64,000 nt of DNA from NCBI GenBank assembly GCA_010909165.1, contig MU008159.1, positions 806,001 to 870,000 of the forward strand, given 5' to 3'. This DNA is from Anthoceros angustus (taxonomy: Eukaryota > Plantae > Anthocerotophyta). The notes under the pieces are model-generated. The model made no database searches and was not told where the DNA came from. It saw only the letters and a program-made list of their open reading frames with translations. The position numbers were made by a program, and so were the translations under genes. Each line of letters starts with the position of its first letter. Positions within the stretch are counted from its first letter, which is position 1. Shown here one piece after another: positions 13,662 through 25,356 of the stretch.

Positions 13662-15643
13662 AAACAAGCAAACAGGAGCTTTACGTCGGGAGGTCTGAAG
13701 TTGCCCTTGTAGTATGCAACAGAGAACCTAAACTGGTTGTCCTAAATCGCGTCTGCGAGGTGGTAAGGGCAGTGACTGAGACTCGTTAGACTTGTACTTC
13801 ACTCTGTAACGCTGCGGCACTGTACATGATGAGCGTTCGCTGTTGAATTCCGCTACAGCTGTGTGAGAAGGGTTTATACATACCAGGGGCCACTTGGCAC
13901 GGTCCTCTGTCAGCAAGCCTGGTGTGCCATGGATCGGATCCGCTTGAGTGCTTGCCAGGACAGCAGAGTTCCGTGTTCCAACTTTTTCCATGGCTCAGTC
14001 GTGGTGGCCCCGGAGCTAATCTGACTAGCTTTGCACTACGCAGACGCCGGATGGTTTGTACGCCGCGCCACGGCGCCGCGCGCTGTCCTCATCTGCATAG
14101 TATTCTGATGAGTCGCGACGCGACTCCTCTCCAAACGGATAACAGCGGCAACTGCAGTTTGAGCTGTCGTCCCGACTAGCACACATGGTAGTGGTGCTCC
14201 TTCGCTGGTTGGAGCGATTTAGACCTGTGACGAAAGGGGCAGGATTTTTCACGTCTTGAAAGTATCTCCTGTTGTGCGTCTCTCTCTAGGGCTTTGCCTC
14301 CGGAGGATCCTACCCTCGTTCATTGTGTGAATGCGCATTGTTTGAAGTGGGCTGCCTGAATTTTTTCCATTCCGTGTGCCTCTCCCCACGGTTTTCCTTG
14401 TTCGCAGATGTGCCCGGAGGAATCCGCGGTTGATGGAGAAGAGGGCTTCTGCCGGCCTTGTTTTTGGACAAATCTTGGTTCTTGACCTCCTGCTCTGCTG
14501 CAGCGAGAACCGTGTTGGGCTCTTGCCGTGTTCTTGTCCGCTCTGTGACAAAGACTTGGAGACAGGGTTATGTGGGCTGAAGAGTTTGGTTGGCTTCTCC
14601 AGAACGTTTCTGCGGAGGTCTGAAATTGGGTAGGTGAAGGAGAGACTATGAGCATTTCACAGTCCCCCTTTCGCTGGTCTATGAGATGATATCGGGGCGG
14701 AAGGCTTGAAGCAAGAACGATGGCCAACTGGGTGTTGCTTCTGGAGCTGATGAGGGTTGCGGCCGCTTCCATGGAGATGCTGACTCGAGCCCTGGAGCGA
14801 CTCCACTCAGCTCCCGTTATCCAGGAGCACGCATCCAGAATCTGAGCTGCGTAACTGAACAGAGTTTGGGTGTGGGCACGCCGCTGTCGTTGTACGCTTA
14901 GATTAGGAGAGCTGCAAACAAATTGTACACCTAGTCACAATTCGTTGATTAGTCTCCGTAGCTGCTAGCTTACTGAGATGGATTTATCAAGTGGGGGGTT
15001 TTCTGATGCGCTCGGTGGCCATGTAATACCAGCTACTGACTTTTCCAGGTATGTGTGGCCGTAATGTCCTCTTCTGATATCTTTGATGTTGAATTCCTCA
15101 TACTTGAGCAGGAATCGATTGATATCTTTTCTGGCATAGGACATAATGTGTTTGGTCGATAGAGGTGTCAGTGCTGAGAATCCTGTCCATGTGTATATCG
15201 ATCAGAACGTTTCAACGGATCCCAAGTCCTCTGTCAAGTATGCCCTTTGTAGTCTGTCTTCCCTACCTGCGCTAACTTACCATGACCTTCCCCCGAACGT
15301 GCAGGCGGACTACAGAACTGCGGAAATTGGCTTGTGTGACAGTATGTGAATGGGTAAACTGTGCACCCTGACGCACACGTAGTTCCTTCTTCAACTGATG
15401 CGGTTTCACCAACTAGCATCCATAGTACCTGGCCCACTTTGCTGACACCTTCAAGCTTCCCTCCGTATGGACAACCACGTATATGCCGTGCACACACCAG
15501 GATTCTGTTGTTGAGATCGACAATTTCTGACACCAAGTTGCACTAGGGACTGGCTCTGCTCTCGTACCAATTTTGGGCTTTTACCGTTTGCATGAACTAA
15601 AAATTCCTCAGTGAAACTGCTAAACGCGAGCAACAAACAACTG

Positions 15644-16419
15644 CTACAGGCGAGCCTTTTTGGCTTGACGACATGTCCTCTCCAGGTCCGTGATGAAAAA
15701 CAGCAACTTATCGAATACGCTCGGCAATGGTTCATCAGGCCGTCTTCCCTCGTCTGCAACAGCGTATCGAGGTGCACCTGCTGTTCCCAAATTCATCACC
15801 GCACTACGCACGATGCCCTGTGGTTCGGGGCTCACAGCTGGCTGATGAGCAGTCCGCGGGCGCTTGGACGGTGACTGATGTGCTGTGCTGGATCCAAGCA
15901 AGCGCACAATCACTCCCCTGTTCACTAGGTAGAAATGTGTACCTTCTCGGACAAATGTTGTCTTCCTGTTAGAGAAATTGGAATTAGAATGAGGAATAGC
16001 ATTCGATGCTGGAAGACAGCAAGCAGGAGCACCAGGTATTCGTAACAGAGTGAAGCCATACGTTCCAATCCGGTCACACCGATCCTGTATCTCATACTCA
16101 GTCCGCCATGTGCTGCGCTCCAAATCCGCTCGGCTCCTGGATTGTGCCTTCTTCTTTCCCCAACGTCTCAGAAACAGGTGTTCCCAAAGCTCTGCGGTTG
16201 CACTGATCATTCTCCAGTCTCTGCAAACTGCAACGCGTCTGAGGAAATTGTCAAACCGACTTCTACTTCATGAATCCCCGTGATGGAAACTAGGCCTGCG
16301 CAGAAGACGAGAAGTGGTATGCTACAGATTTCAGCCTCACCTGATGCAACGGATGCGAGATGGCGATGATCTAGCAGGAAGAAGATTTTCAGCCACAAAT
16401 CCCGAGACAACTTCTCCAT
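15644..16419 (-). CDS. F-box protein (3 exons)
   Basis: MEKLSRDLWLKIFFLLDHRHLASVAS|VCRDWRMISATAELWEHLFLRRWG is an F-box motif split by an intron; last exon ends with VFDKLLFFITDLERTCRQAKKARL*. Confidence 0.8.
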
Positions 16420-16780
16420 GAAATGCGAGATGGATGTCGTTCAATTAGGCCATGAATTTTAGCCGCTGGTTGCAAGTTGAGCAAGGAAAGTACATTCCTG
16501 TGTCCTCCAACCCCACTCGTAACCGCGCGCAGTTGTCCGAGACGGAAATAGGTATTTACCTAGTAAGTCCCAAGTTTTTAATTTTCGGAAAAGTATGTTT
16601 TCGAAAGTGTTTGGTCTGTACCACATGAACCGGGTCATAAACAAGCAAACCAAGCTGGCAGCAAAGCTATCTCCTCCCTGCGTCACATCACACGGCTCAT
16701 CGTCAGAACAATGTACATAAACCCTGAAACGCTACAGCCTAATAAGGAACTAAGTATTTAATTTAAGGAAATTTCGGAAA

Positions 16781-16841
16781 AACATGGTTTCGCAAAAGCA
16801 TGGTTTCGACAAAGCATGGTTGCGAGAAAGCATGGTTCGAA
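16781..16841. repeat. Four ~17-bp tandem repeats (AAGCATGGTTTCGACA-like) between the F-box start and the AP endonuclease stop
   Basis: AACATGGTTTCGCAA/AAGCATGGTTTCGACA/AAGCATGGTTGCGAGA/AAGCATGGTTCGAAG read directly. Confidence 0.8.
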
Positions 16842-16877
16842 GGTGTTTGGAGCTTACACAAAACTTGAACCGGGTTA

Positions 16878-18593
16878 TCAACTCTTAAGCTTTTTCAGGC
16901 CCATATCATCGTCCTTTGCAGCTGAAGTTGAGAAAAAAGCTAACAGATTTTTCTGTTTGCTGCCGTCTATAAATTTGGGTGCTTCCTTGCGTTTGGAAGA
17001 AGCCACGCTTTTCAAGGGAGCTGATCTGCTCTTTATGCCCCCTTCAGGATGCACGGAGCGCATACCCTGCACCTTTTTCTCAGCCCCTCCCACCTCCGGC
17101 TTCTCATCAGTTGGATCTGGATGTTCTGCAACCGGTTTCGGATCACCCACTACGACTTCCAGTTCAGGCCTGGGGTCACGGTCCGCTTCAACGGGACAGG
17201 GTACTGGGGGAGATGCTAACCCTAGGCCCGCACTTTTTGAAAATAGGCTGGTCAGTTTCTTCTGTTTCTGGTCCTCCTGGAACCGTTTCATGTTCCTGGA
17301 GCTGATCAGAGGAGGAGGATGCGGGGGCAGAGATGGCTGCTCCCGCAGCGTCACAGTCACTGCTGCATGGTCGCTCCACTTCTTCGGCACCATCTTTACG
17401 ACATCGGCTTGCAAAACCTCGGGGAGGAAACCCGTGTCACATATTGCGTAGTCAATCCTGGCCACATTAGCATGAGCAGGGGCGAGCTCTGTCAAGAGGA
17501 GAGTTCTAGATGCTGGAGAGTGCACCAACGAGGCCAGCAGATAGTATCCATACCTGGCTCCTTCGTTGTGGATTCTCGCATCGGTCTTCTGATCCCACAC
17601 CGAAAACACATCCTTGTCATCGGGATGGAAGTGCCGGAACAAATCCACATAATCGGTGAGGAACGAATCGATCCAAGCCCTCTCTTCTGCCAAAGCAAGT
17701 CCTCAACAGTGAGCACCCGGCCACGCAGCACAAGCTCATGCCCAAGAGCCGTAGCTGCGCTACGCTTATTTACTTACCTTGGGAATAAATCTCCTCAACC
17801 TTCCACTTGGAATGCACATCCACGTTGCAGTGGGCGAGGTTGAGATCTCCAACAACGACCACATGCCTCCCAGAGCCTACAACCTCGTCACCTGAACAGC
17901 ACACCCCCGTCAAGCTACTACCCTAGGTCAGAGAAGGGGAGAGTAAAGCCACGGCAACAGGCTTACAAGTGTCTCGCAACGCTCTGAGGTATCTCAGCTT
18001 GAAGTCCAGCCGAGATGCGTCCTCACGCCTGTCGCCAGCGTTCGGCACGTAGACGTTGAGCAGCACGAAGGAGCCGTGGTCCGTGAGCATGAGCCGGCCC
18101 TCCAATTGGAGATCCTCCGAGTAGTAGCCTTTGCTGTGATCCAAGCAGTCAGCCTTGGCCTCCACTGGCGACAGCTGCTGCTTCACGTAGGTCACCACAC
18201 CTGCCACAGTCCAATGGCCAATTCAGAGCGCGCACCAAAGACCAACCGCAGGTATGCAGGAAGTGGCAGTTACCGCTGTAGCCCTTCTTCTCCCGGCTGA
18301 AGGCCCAGAAGGAGTCGTAGCCGTCCACACAGGCCATCCATTTCTCCAGCTTGTCCTCCTGGATTTTGGCCTCCTGTGCCGCCACACATGCTTGCAACTT
18401 TTAGCCTCATCCAAACTGCGTTGAGAAGGAGAGAACGCTAAAACAGAAGAAGAAGAGAGCATGGCGTCACCTGAAAGCAAACCACATCGGCTGCAAGCAC
18501 CTCGGAGAAGAAGGTGGATGCCGAGGCATGACGGTGAGCTGCATCCTTCAGCGTGGCGTACAGGCCGTTCACGTTCCAGCTCACAATTCGCAT
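16878..18593 (-). CDS. ExoIII-family AP endonuclease, APE2-like (about 6 exons)
   Basis: MRIVSWNVNG, VCFQ|EAK, KKGYSG|VVTYV, LLNVYVPN, VVVGDLN, RIDY and WSDHAAV cover all EEP-domain catalytic motifs, joined by GT-AG introns; C-terminal tail contains QKNLLAFF. Confidence 0.9.
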
Positions 18594-19000
18594 TCTGCAG
18601 ACAACCCATACTATGGCTCATGGTCGCCACAGGCAGCAGGTCAAATATTTGCTTCACTTACTTCTTGCCGAAGCTCACAAATATGGCCTTGCCGCCAAGG
18701 AAGACATCGTCCGACTTTACCTCGGAGGACTGTGTAATTCTTGGGTTACTGATTCTAGTTCGACAAGTCGGCCTCGTGAAGTTCTGATCGTGAGAGGCTT
18801 TTCAACACTGATAATCAGCGACGTTTACCTTGCGGGAATTACCTAGAGCTTCTCCAAAAAACAACTTTATGTGTTAAGTGTCCACCAGGGGCGGAAAACG
18901 GCAACAGGGACACCGGTCGGGACTCGGGAGGAGCTGAAGGCGTATGGTGGCGTGAGGGCCGGGGGGTTCCGGGACTGGGTTTTGTGGGATTTGGCTGGCA

Positions 19001-19576
19001 ATGGCCTTCTCCGATCTCAAGTACAGGGACAGCCTGGTGCTGCTGGCCGTGTCCTTCGGCTCTGCGTGGCTGTGCGAGGGCATCCTATGGCTGCTAATTT
19101 ACCGCACTTCGACATACAAGAGTCTGCGCTCCAGCATCGACCGCACCAGCAAGAAGCTGGAGATTTTGAAGAGCGGCACCGCTCCCACAGGGGCTGGCAT
19201 CAAGGCCAAGTCCAAGGCCAAGAAGTTGGATCGCTTTGAGACCTCGCTCAAAGGGTCTAGCCGAGATCTGGCCTACTCCAAGTTGAAGTCTGGGGGAGTG
19301 GTTGCCGTGGTGCTCATCGTCGTGTTCGGTCTCCTGTCCTCGCTCTTCGAGGGCAAGGTGGTGGCCAAGCTCCCCTTCACCCCGATAGCCCTGGTGCAGA
19401 AGATGTCTCATCGGGGCCTGCCCGGTGACGATCCCACCGACTGTGCTATGGTGTTTTTCTACTTCCTCTGCTCTGTGAGCATCCGCTCCAATCTGCAGAA
19501 GTTTCTAGGGTTCACTCCCCCTCGGGGGGCTGCGGGACAAGGATTGTTTCCATTACCAGATGTGAAGACGAAGTAG
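19001..19576 (+). CDS. TMCO1: TMCO1 / EMC3-family ER membrane protein (calcium load-activated channel)
   Basis: Intact intronless 191-aa ORF with TM-coiled coil-TM layout and the signature FEGKVVAKLPFTP...SHRGLPGDDPTDC...FFYFLCS...NLQKFLGF. Confidence 0.93.
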   Translation: MAFSDLKYRDSLVLLAVSFGSAWLCEGILWLLIYRTSTYKSLRSSIDRTSKKLEILKSGTAPTGAGIKAKSKAKKLDRFETSLKGSSRDLAYSKLKSGGVVAVVLIVVFGLLSSLFEGKVVAKLPFTPIALVQKMSHRGLPGDDPTDCAMVFFYFLCSVSIRSNLQKFLGFTPPRGAAGQGLFPLPDVKTK

Positions 19577-19941
19577 GGAGAAGGAGGAGGTGAATCCGAC
19601 TGTGGGCCATTGAACAGGTGTTAGGGAAGATCTCATGTGGTTGGCGTTTGCAACATTTGCAAATGCTACTGCGCAACTCATGTCACCGGTGAGGTGGATT
19701 AGAGTATTATTGTATGGGCTGCTGGGAGTTCAACCTTGGTTTGGGGGTGAGATTTTTGAGTGCACCGTGAGTGCAGGTCCTTTGGAAAAGGCTATTTTGT
19801 AGAGATGTCTTCGAGGTGGGGGCTTGAATTAGCCTTCATACAACGACAATGAAAAGAAACGCTGCTGGCCTTTTGTCATGGACCATGTACTTTTAGCTGC
19901 CCCTGAAGCCAAAAAGATACTGGATTCGTTTTTGTGAACAC

Positions 19942-20238
19942 TATGATCGTCTCTGCCGTAAGCGGCAGGGATGCGTGGTACTCTTTCAGATGCTCGTTTG
20001 CCTACTATGCACATGGTCATCGTCAATCCTTAGTAAACCAATAGTTGATGGACAGGTTGTCCAGGTTGTATTGCGGATCTTCACGTCCTGAACATTATGA
20101 TCATCTCTGCCTTAAGTGGCAGGGATGCGTGGTACTCTTTCAGATGCTCGTTTGCCTACTATGCACATTGTCATCTTCAATCCTCAGTAAACCAATCGCT
20201 GATGGACAGGTTGTCCAGGTTGTATTGCGGATCTTCAC
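19942..20238. repeat. Tandem duplication, 154-bp period, 2 copies
   Basis: GGCAGGGATGCGTGGTACTCTTTCAGATGCTCG...GCGGATCTTCAC occurs twice, 154 bp apart. Confidence 0.9.
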
Positions 20239-20521
20239 AGTTTTGTGCAGTGCCGGTTCATCCCTTTCTATCAGCTGGAAACACTCCCGTTTCAGAATGG
20301 TTATAACGTTTCACGACTTGTTCAGGACGTGGCTTGCCGACTTCTACCCTCGTGAAGGAGGATGATGATTTAAGTCCATCAGACATTCAGTGACTACGTA
20401 CTTCAAACCACCAGCTGCAGATGGCTCCTACACCATGACAGGCTTCTAAGCACATACACTCTGCCCAAATGACTGCATGTATGTGGCTTTGCGCAGGCTC
20501 ACTGTTCTAACGACGATATGA

Positions 20522-22021
20522 TTACGGTGCTAGCTGGAACCTTTGAGATGTTGGGTGTGATGGAATAGTACATGGGTCAACATCTAATCTGGGTATGAAG
20601 GTTCCCACGGCAGATGTGGACCACACAGAAGCATCCAGAACTGCAGCTTCACTCCAGCTCGGCAGGCGGCACCATCCTCTCTTGCGCCCTTCGTACATCA
20701 GAATAACATTAGGACAATCGAAGCTCGCAATGTAGAAATGGTCAGCGACTCCCGAGCACTTGAACAAGTTGTTGGTCCCATCACGAAACCAAGTCCTTGC
20801 ATCTGCTGGAACCATCTCCTCGTGGCTTTTCACTGTCCAACTATTGCTGCCACTTGCAAACTTAGCTACACAAATCCTACTCACTCGATACCTGGCCTGC
20901 ACACAAAAATGGCTCTGGTGCCCGTCACCACGGACAGCTTCCTCGTTCCCGGATCCAACTTCTCTATCTGCTGGGTTTACCGAGGAGTCCTGAAATCCAG
21001 GCCAATCGTTTTTGTCGTACTGACGTGCACCCTCGGTATCTTGAAACAGCATTTGGCCGTGGACATTCCCTCCTCCGTGCTCTTGGTCTCCCTTGACGTC
21101 CAAATGCAGCAAGTCTGTATCGAGAACATACGGCTCCAGTGATCCTGCTATAAACTGTATCTTCTCCGGAGAATCGTCACTAACATCATCATCCAGAAGC
21201 AGCTGAAAAGTCCCTGCATACATGTGAACTCCAGAATGCACGAACTCTGCAATGGGGATAACCACACCAAAGCAGTCCTGTGTCACATTGTAGGATATAA
21301 TCTCAATCCCTGACACATGCCTCATAGCCAGTAAATACACAGCATTATCAGACACCGCACTTGCAAGAGGAAGAATCAAGCTTCCTTTCCTCATATATGT
21401 AGCGCCAGCCTGCCATCTGCGAGTCGCAGACCAATAGACTTCCACCCCCCAAGTGAACAGCGAGCCTTCTCTCCTGTTGATGCTCACAAGCTTGTAAGTT
21501 TTCGAGCACTTGTCGACAACAAGCGAAGTATCCACACCCTTATGAGTCTCCGGAGCAAGAATTTTGGACCACTTATTGGTAATGGGATTGCCAACCCAGT
21601 ATACCTGGCCCCTGTTTCTCCCCACAGGATTGACTTGCAATAAACCCACAAGGCCCGAGTACCCCCCAGTAGATCGAAACAACGTGACCTCCGTCCAGGG
21701 GTTGACATTGTGCAACGGATTGGGAATCCTGTGCCACTTGCACTGCGATGGATCAAACATCCAACTAAGCCACTCCCTTTCTACTAGCCACCTGTCCACA
21801 TGCACAGGGCAACAAAGCAGAAACCAAGGAGTCGAGTTCTCCACTTCCGTCGAGCGAACTAGAGCATGCCATCTTTTGCATACAGTCCCAGCCTGTACAA
21901 GGTTTGCAAAAGGCAGCCGTACTAGTATTCCGGTGAGGATGTCATCTGGCAGGTGACAACAACCAACTTCAGCTGGGCCACAACATTCGTCCTCATTTTG
22001 GTAACAACACATGTCTGCCAT
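20522..22021 (-). CDS. F-box protein with kelch-like/beta-propeller C-terminal domain
   Basis: Intact 499-aa ORF; F-box LPDDILTGILVRLPFANLVQAGTVCKRWHAL followed by plant F-box-associated motifs (VGNPITNKWSKI, VEVYWSATRRW). Confidence 0.85.
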   Translation of the reverse strand: MADMCCYQNEDECCGPAEVGCCHLPDDILTGILVRLPFANLVQAGTVCKRWHALVRSTEVENSTPWFLLCCPVHVDRWLVEREWLSWMFDPSQCKWHRIPNPLHNVNPWTEVTLFRSTGGYSGLVGLLQVNPVGRNRGQVYWVGNPITNKWSKILAPETHKGVDTSLVVDKCSKTYKLVSINRREGSLFTWGVEVYWSATRRWQAGATYMRKGSLILPLASAVSDNAVYLLAMRHVSGIEIISYNVTQDCFGVVIPIAEFVHSGVHMYAGTFQLLLDDDVSDDSPEKIQFIAGSLEPYVLDTDLLHLDVKGDQEHGGGNVHGQMLFQDTEGARQYDKNDWPGFQDSSVNPADREVGSGNEEAVRGDGHQSHFCVQARYRVSRICVAKFASGSNSWTVKSHEEMVPADARTWFRDGTNNLFKCSGVADHFYIASFDCPNVILMYEGRKRGWCRLPSWSEAAVLDASVWSTSAVGTFIPRLDVDPCTIPSHPTSQRFQLAP

Positions 22022-23337
22022 TTCGTATCACAAATGCTTGTCAACCCGACAGGCACCTAATCAACCCTTCACCATTGCAACTGTGAACGATTTCGCCACT
22101 TACAACCTTATGTAAGCTTTCTACGGAGCCCCTCAGCTGCAACGTACACAGCATGCAAAGCAACCAAAGCTGAAGCACACAACCACAACCACTGTCTGAA
22201 ACGTTCAAGACGAGGACAAGGAAGCCATAAAACCTGGCACCAACTTCCTACTCCGCCCTGACTCAGATCCATCTCGCACCGTCAGAAGCAAATTCAGTGA
22301 GCACGTTACCTAGAGGAAAACAATTCCTGAGTTGTCCATCAGCCCGGCAGACAACGTCAGAGGCCTTGTTGGATGATACCAGACACGGCTATTTCTCCCG
22401 GGATCTCTCTGATCTCGGCGAGACCTCCACGTGGCTTCCTCCTTCTTGGTCGAGGGTTAAAGCCTAACGCCAGCCGGATCACGCGGGTTCTTGAAGGCTC
22501 CCTTCCTGTGGAAGGACTGTGTGGGCAACGGAGTCGTGTGACTCCGCTTCCGAGATTCAGGCTCGAATCAGGTACGTGGTGTTGGTGGATGCGTCATGTG
22601 CGAAGAAGCCTAGATTCTGTGATGACTGGGTGGGATGTGATTTTGCGGTCTCAATTCTGCAAGCAAAAGCTGATTCAGGGAGGGCTTCTCCATGGAATCT
22701 ATTGCGAATTCGCGACCATTAATGTCCTCCTTGCCTGGAGAGGAGATTGGAGAGTTGGTTCCTTGTGAATTTGCAAGTTAAGGTTGCTTTGCAAAAGAGT
22801 TGTCGGAATTCAGCTTCATCTACAACTGTAGTTACACATTTGCTTTTGCATCTGGTGACTTATCACTGCTGTATGCGAGCGCACTTGCGTTTGGTCCCAG
22901 TGATATGCACTGTCGTAGAATTAGAGCCTGCATGTTGGCGAATCTTCTTTGAGATATCTCACTCTCCCTCCAGATGGGGAATGAGTTTGTACTTTGAGAC
23001 AAAATTTGGAAGGCATGAGCAGTTTGGTTGGGTTTCGGTGGTGATTAGTTTCATTTGTCATCTCATCGTGACGGAGACTGCGACGTGACTTAGCTGAGGT
23101 AGGACCCATTCAACTAGGACCTGTACATCGTGTAATGGTGGCATGTGCGGTATACTTGCCAACTGGAGTTCTTCACTGTTGAGACTCTTTTTCGTTGAGT
23201 GATGCTTGGTTGTCATTGGACTCAATGTTTGTCTGTCCACACTGTTTTCCTGTTACACTCACTGAAGGAGTAGACTCCTCAGGTTGTTTCTGTTTTTTTT
23301 CTCATCTAGTGAGCAGGACCCGAGGACGCGTGACGGA

Positions 23338-24958
23338 ATGTGGCGGTGTCATGGCAGGAACAACACCGAGCTTGTCCGAAATCTCGAAAGTGGGTTTCCT
23401 GTATGTTTGCTTATGTGCATGTGTGAAGTGGGGTAATTTTGTAGATGCCATGGGCCAAGCTGCCTCTTCTTCAGCCAGCAACATTGGTCTGGTTTCCCAG
23501 CTGCAAAGTGGGTCTCTTGTCCTTCACATTTCTGTGTTACATGTTTGTCAACATGTTGGAGAACGTATGTAGTAGGAGAAGGTGTTTGCCTTTGATATCT
23601 CAACCTTAGGCCCTTTTGGGCAATCTGTACGGGTTTGGCCTTCTGAGAGAAGTTAGTGGGTCATGTTATTCAACTTTGCTTCTGCTTGGTTAGTCCTTGC
23701 CTGAGTTCTCTGACATGCCTGTGAGAAGTAGTAATATCCTCTCATGCCCTGCTGTTTGGTGTCTGTGCAGAGCATGGAATCCTTACTTCACGAGAGTGCG
23801 CTGCAGCTATGATACAGATTGACAGGGCCCATTATGTGCCAGCCGGTGGTACACCTTACGATGATTCTCCACAGGACATAGGTATATCGTCTTTATACTT
23901 TGTGGAACATTCGTGGGTGAGTGCTCGTAGGACATGTACTGCAACATCATCCATTTTAAATTGTCTGTTTCGATGTAAACTGTTGCTGTTGGTGGCAGGG
24001 TTTGGTGTGACCATCTCAGCTCCGCACATGGTGAGTTTCATGGAAAGATGACCTTTGCTGCGCTTCAGGACTTCGTTTTGCTTTCAAATGATGGGAAACT
24101 CAGTGCTGGATTTGCAGCATGGCCACTGTCTGTCCTTGCTGGCAGATCATTTGAAGCCGGGCAACTCTGTGCTTGACGTTGGTTCAGGTTCAGGCTATTT
24201 GACAGCTGTGCTCGCTTTACTGGTATGGCATGTCAGATTATCAGAGACCTGGATTCATTTTCCTTCCTGTCCTTCCCAGCATCTTGTATTTGACAGGGAC
24301 AACTTCTTGAGATGCTCTGTTGAGATTGAGAACATTCCTGGCGTGCAGGTTGGGGAAACAGGGCGAACTGTCGGGGTAGAGCACATACCAGAGCTTGTTG
24401 AAAGGTCCATCAATGCAATCAAACACGGAGCAGCCGGACACCTTTTCGATGGTGGACAACTGTCAATCCATAGTGAGACTTCACCTCAATATTTCAGTTT
24501 CGGTCTCTATAGTTTTCATCATGAACATGACAGACTCAAACTAAGATATCTTATTGCCTTCGCGTTGCAGAAGCAGATGGAAAGCTTGGTTACGCTGATG
24601 CTGCACCTTATGATGCAATTCACGTCGGGGCTGCTGCAGCAGGTCATTCGTCGAGGTCCTCATGGTGAACTTTGACAAAATCAAACTTCGTCCTCTCATA
24701 TTGCTATTGCATCGTGCAGAACTGCCAGAGGCACTGTTGGAGCAGTTGAAACCAGGTGGACGCATGGTTATTCCTGTTGGAAAAGGTTTCCAGGTTTGTA
24801 GACTTCACAGCTTTCTGGATCTTTTCTCTCTTAAGTTCATTACTTCTCGTATGACACATGATTTGCCGGAGCAGGACCTTGTGGTCATCGACAAGCTAGC
24901 TGACGGCACGATCAAGCAGCACGCACAAATGAGCGTGAGATACGTCCCGCTGATTTGA
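23338..24958 (+). CDS. PIMT: Protein-L-isoaspartate O-methyltransferase, with two candidate first coding exons (23338-23389 and 23450-23507)
   Basis: Spliced reading KHGILTSRECAAAMIQIDRAHYVP...G|FGVTISAPHM|HGHCL...VLDVGSGSGYLTA|VGETGRTVGVEHIPEL...|DGKLGYADAAPYDAIHVGAAA|ELPEALLEQLKPGGRMVIPVG|DLVVIDK...VRYVPLI*. Confidence 0.92.
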
Positions 24959-25156
24959 TGTCTAACTGGGACGCTTCTCCTTGTACTGTACATACATGAC
25001 TCCTGAAATAACGCAAGGCATGGGTGCCCTACTTGTTTGGCATGGCATTGTGTCCTCTCTTACTCCTTTTTGAACTCCACGTGCTGGACAAACTTGATTG
25101 ATTCTGTAAGAATGCCTCTTATCCATTTGACTTGTGACAGCGTATGGAAATGCCAT

Positions 25157-25250
25157 ACACAATTTAGTCCTTTTACATGTACACAATTCAGTCCTTTCAC
25201 ATGTGCACAATTTAGTCCTTTTACATGAAGGCCTTAGTCCTTTTACATGA
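25157..25250. repeat. ~23-bp tandem repeat (TACACAATTTAGTCCTTTTACATG), 3-4 copies; also at ~26873-26960, with one unit at ~30574
   Basis: Units read directly; they abut the truncated start of the SWIM/MULE relic. Confidence 0.8.
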
Positions 25251-25356
25251 AGGCCTTGGGAAATGTTATGTACATGGACATGGACTCAAGGAATGATCTA
25301 GCATCAGCCCAGATGAAGCTTCAAGAGTTTTACGAGGTGTATGATGCCTCGGAAGC

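Noticed and set aside
14249-15546. Several 60-150 aa ORFs between SAAL1 and the F-box gene
   Set aside because: No conserved motifs and no consistent exon chain; could be UTR or lncRNA.
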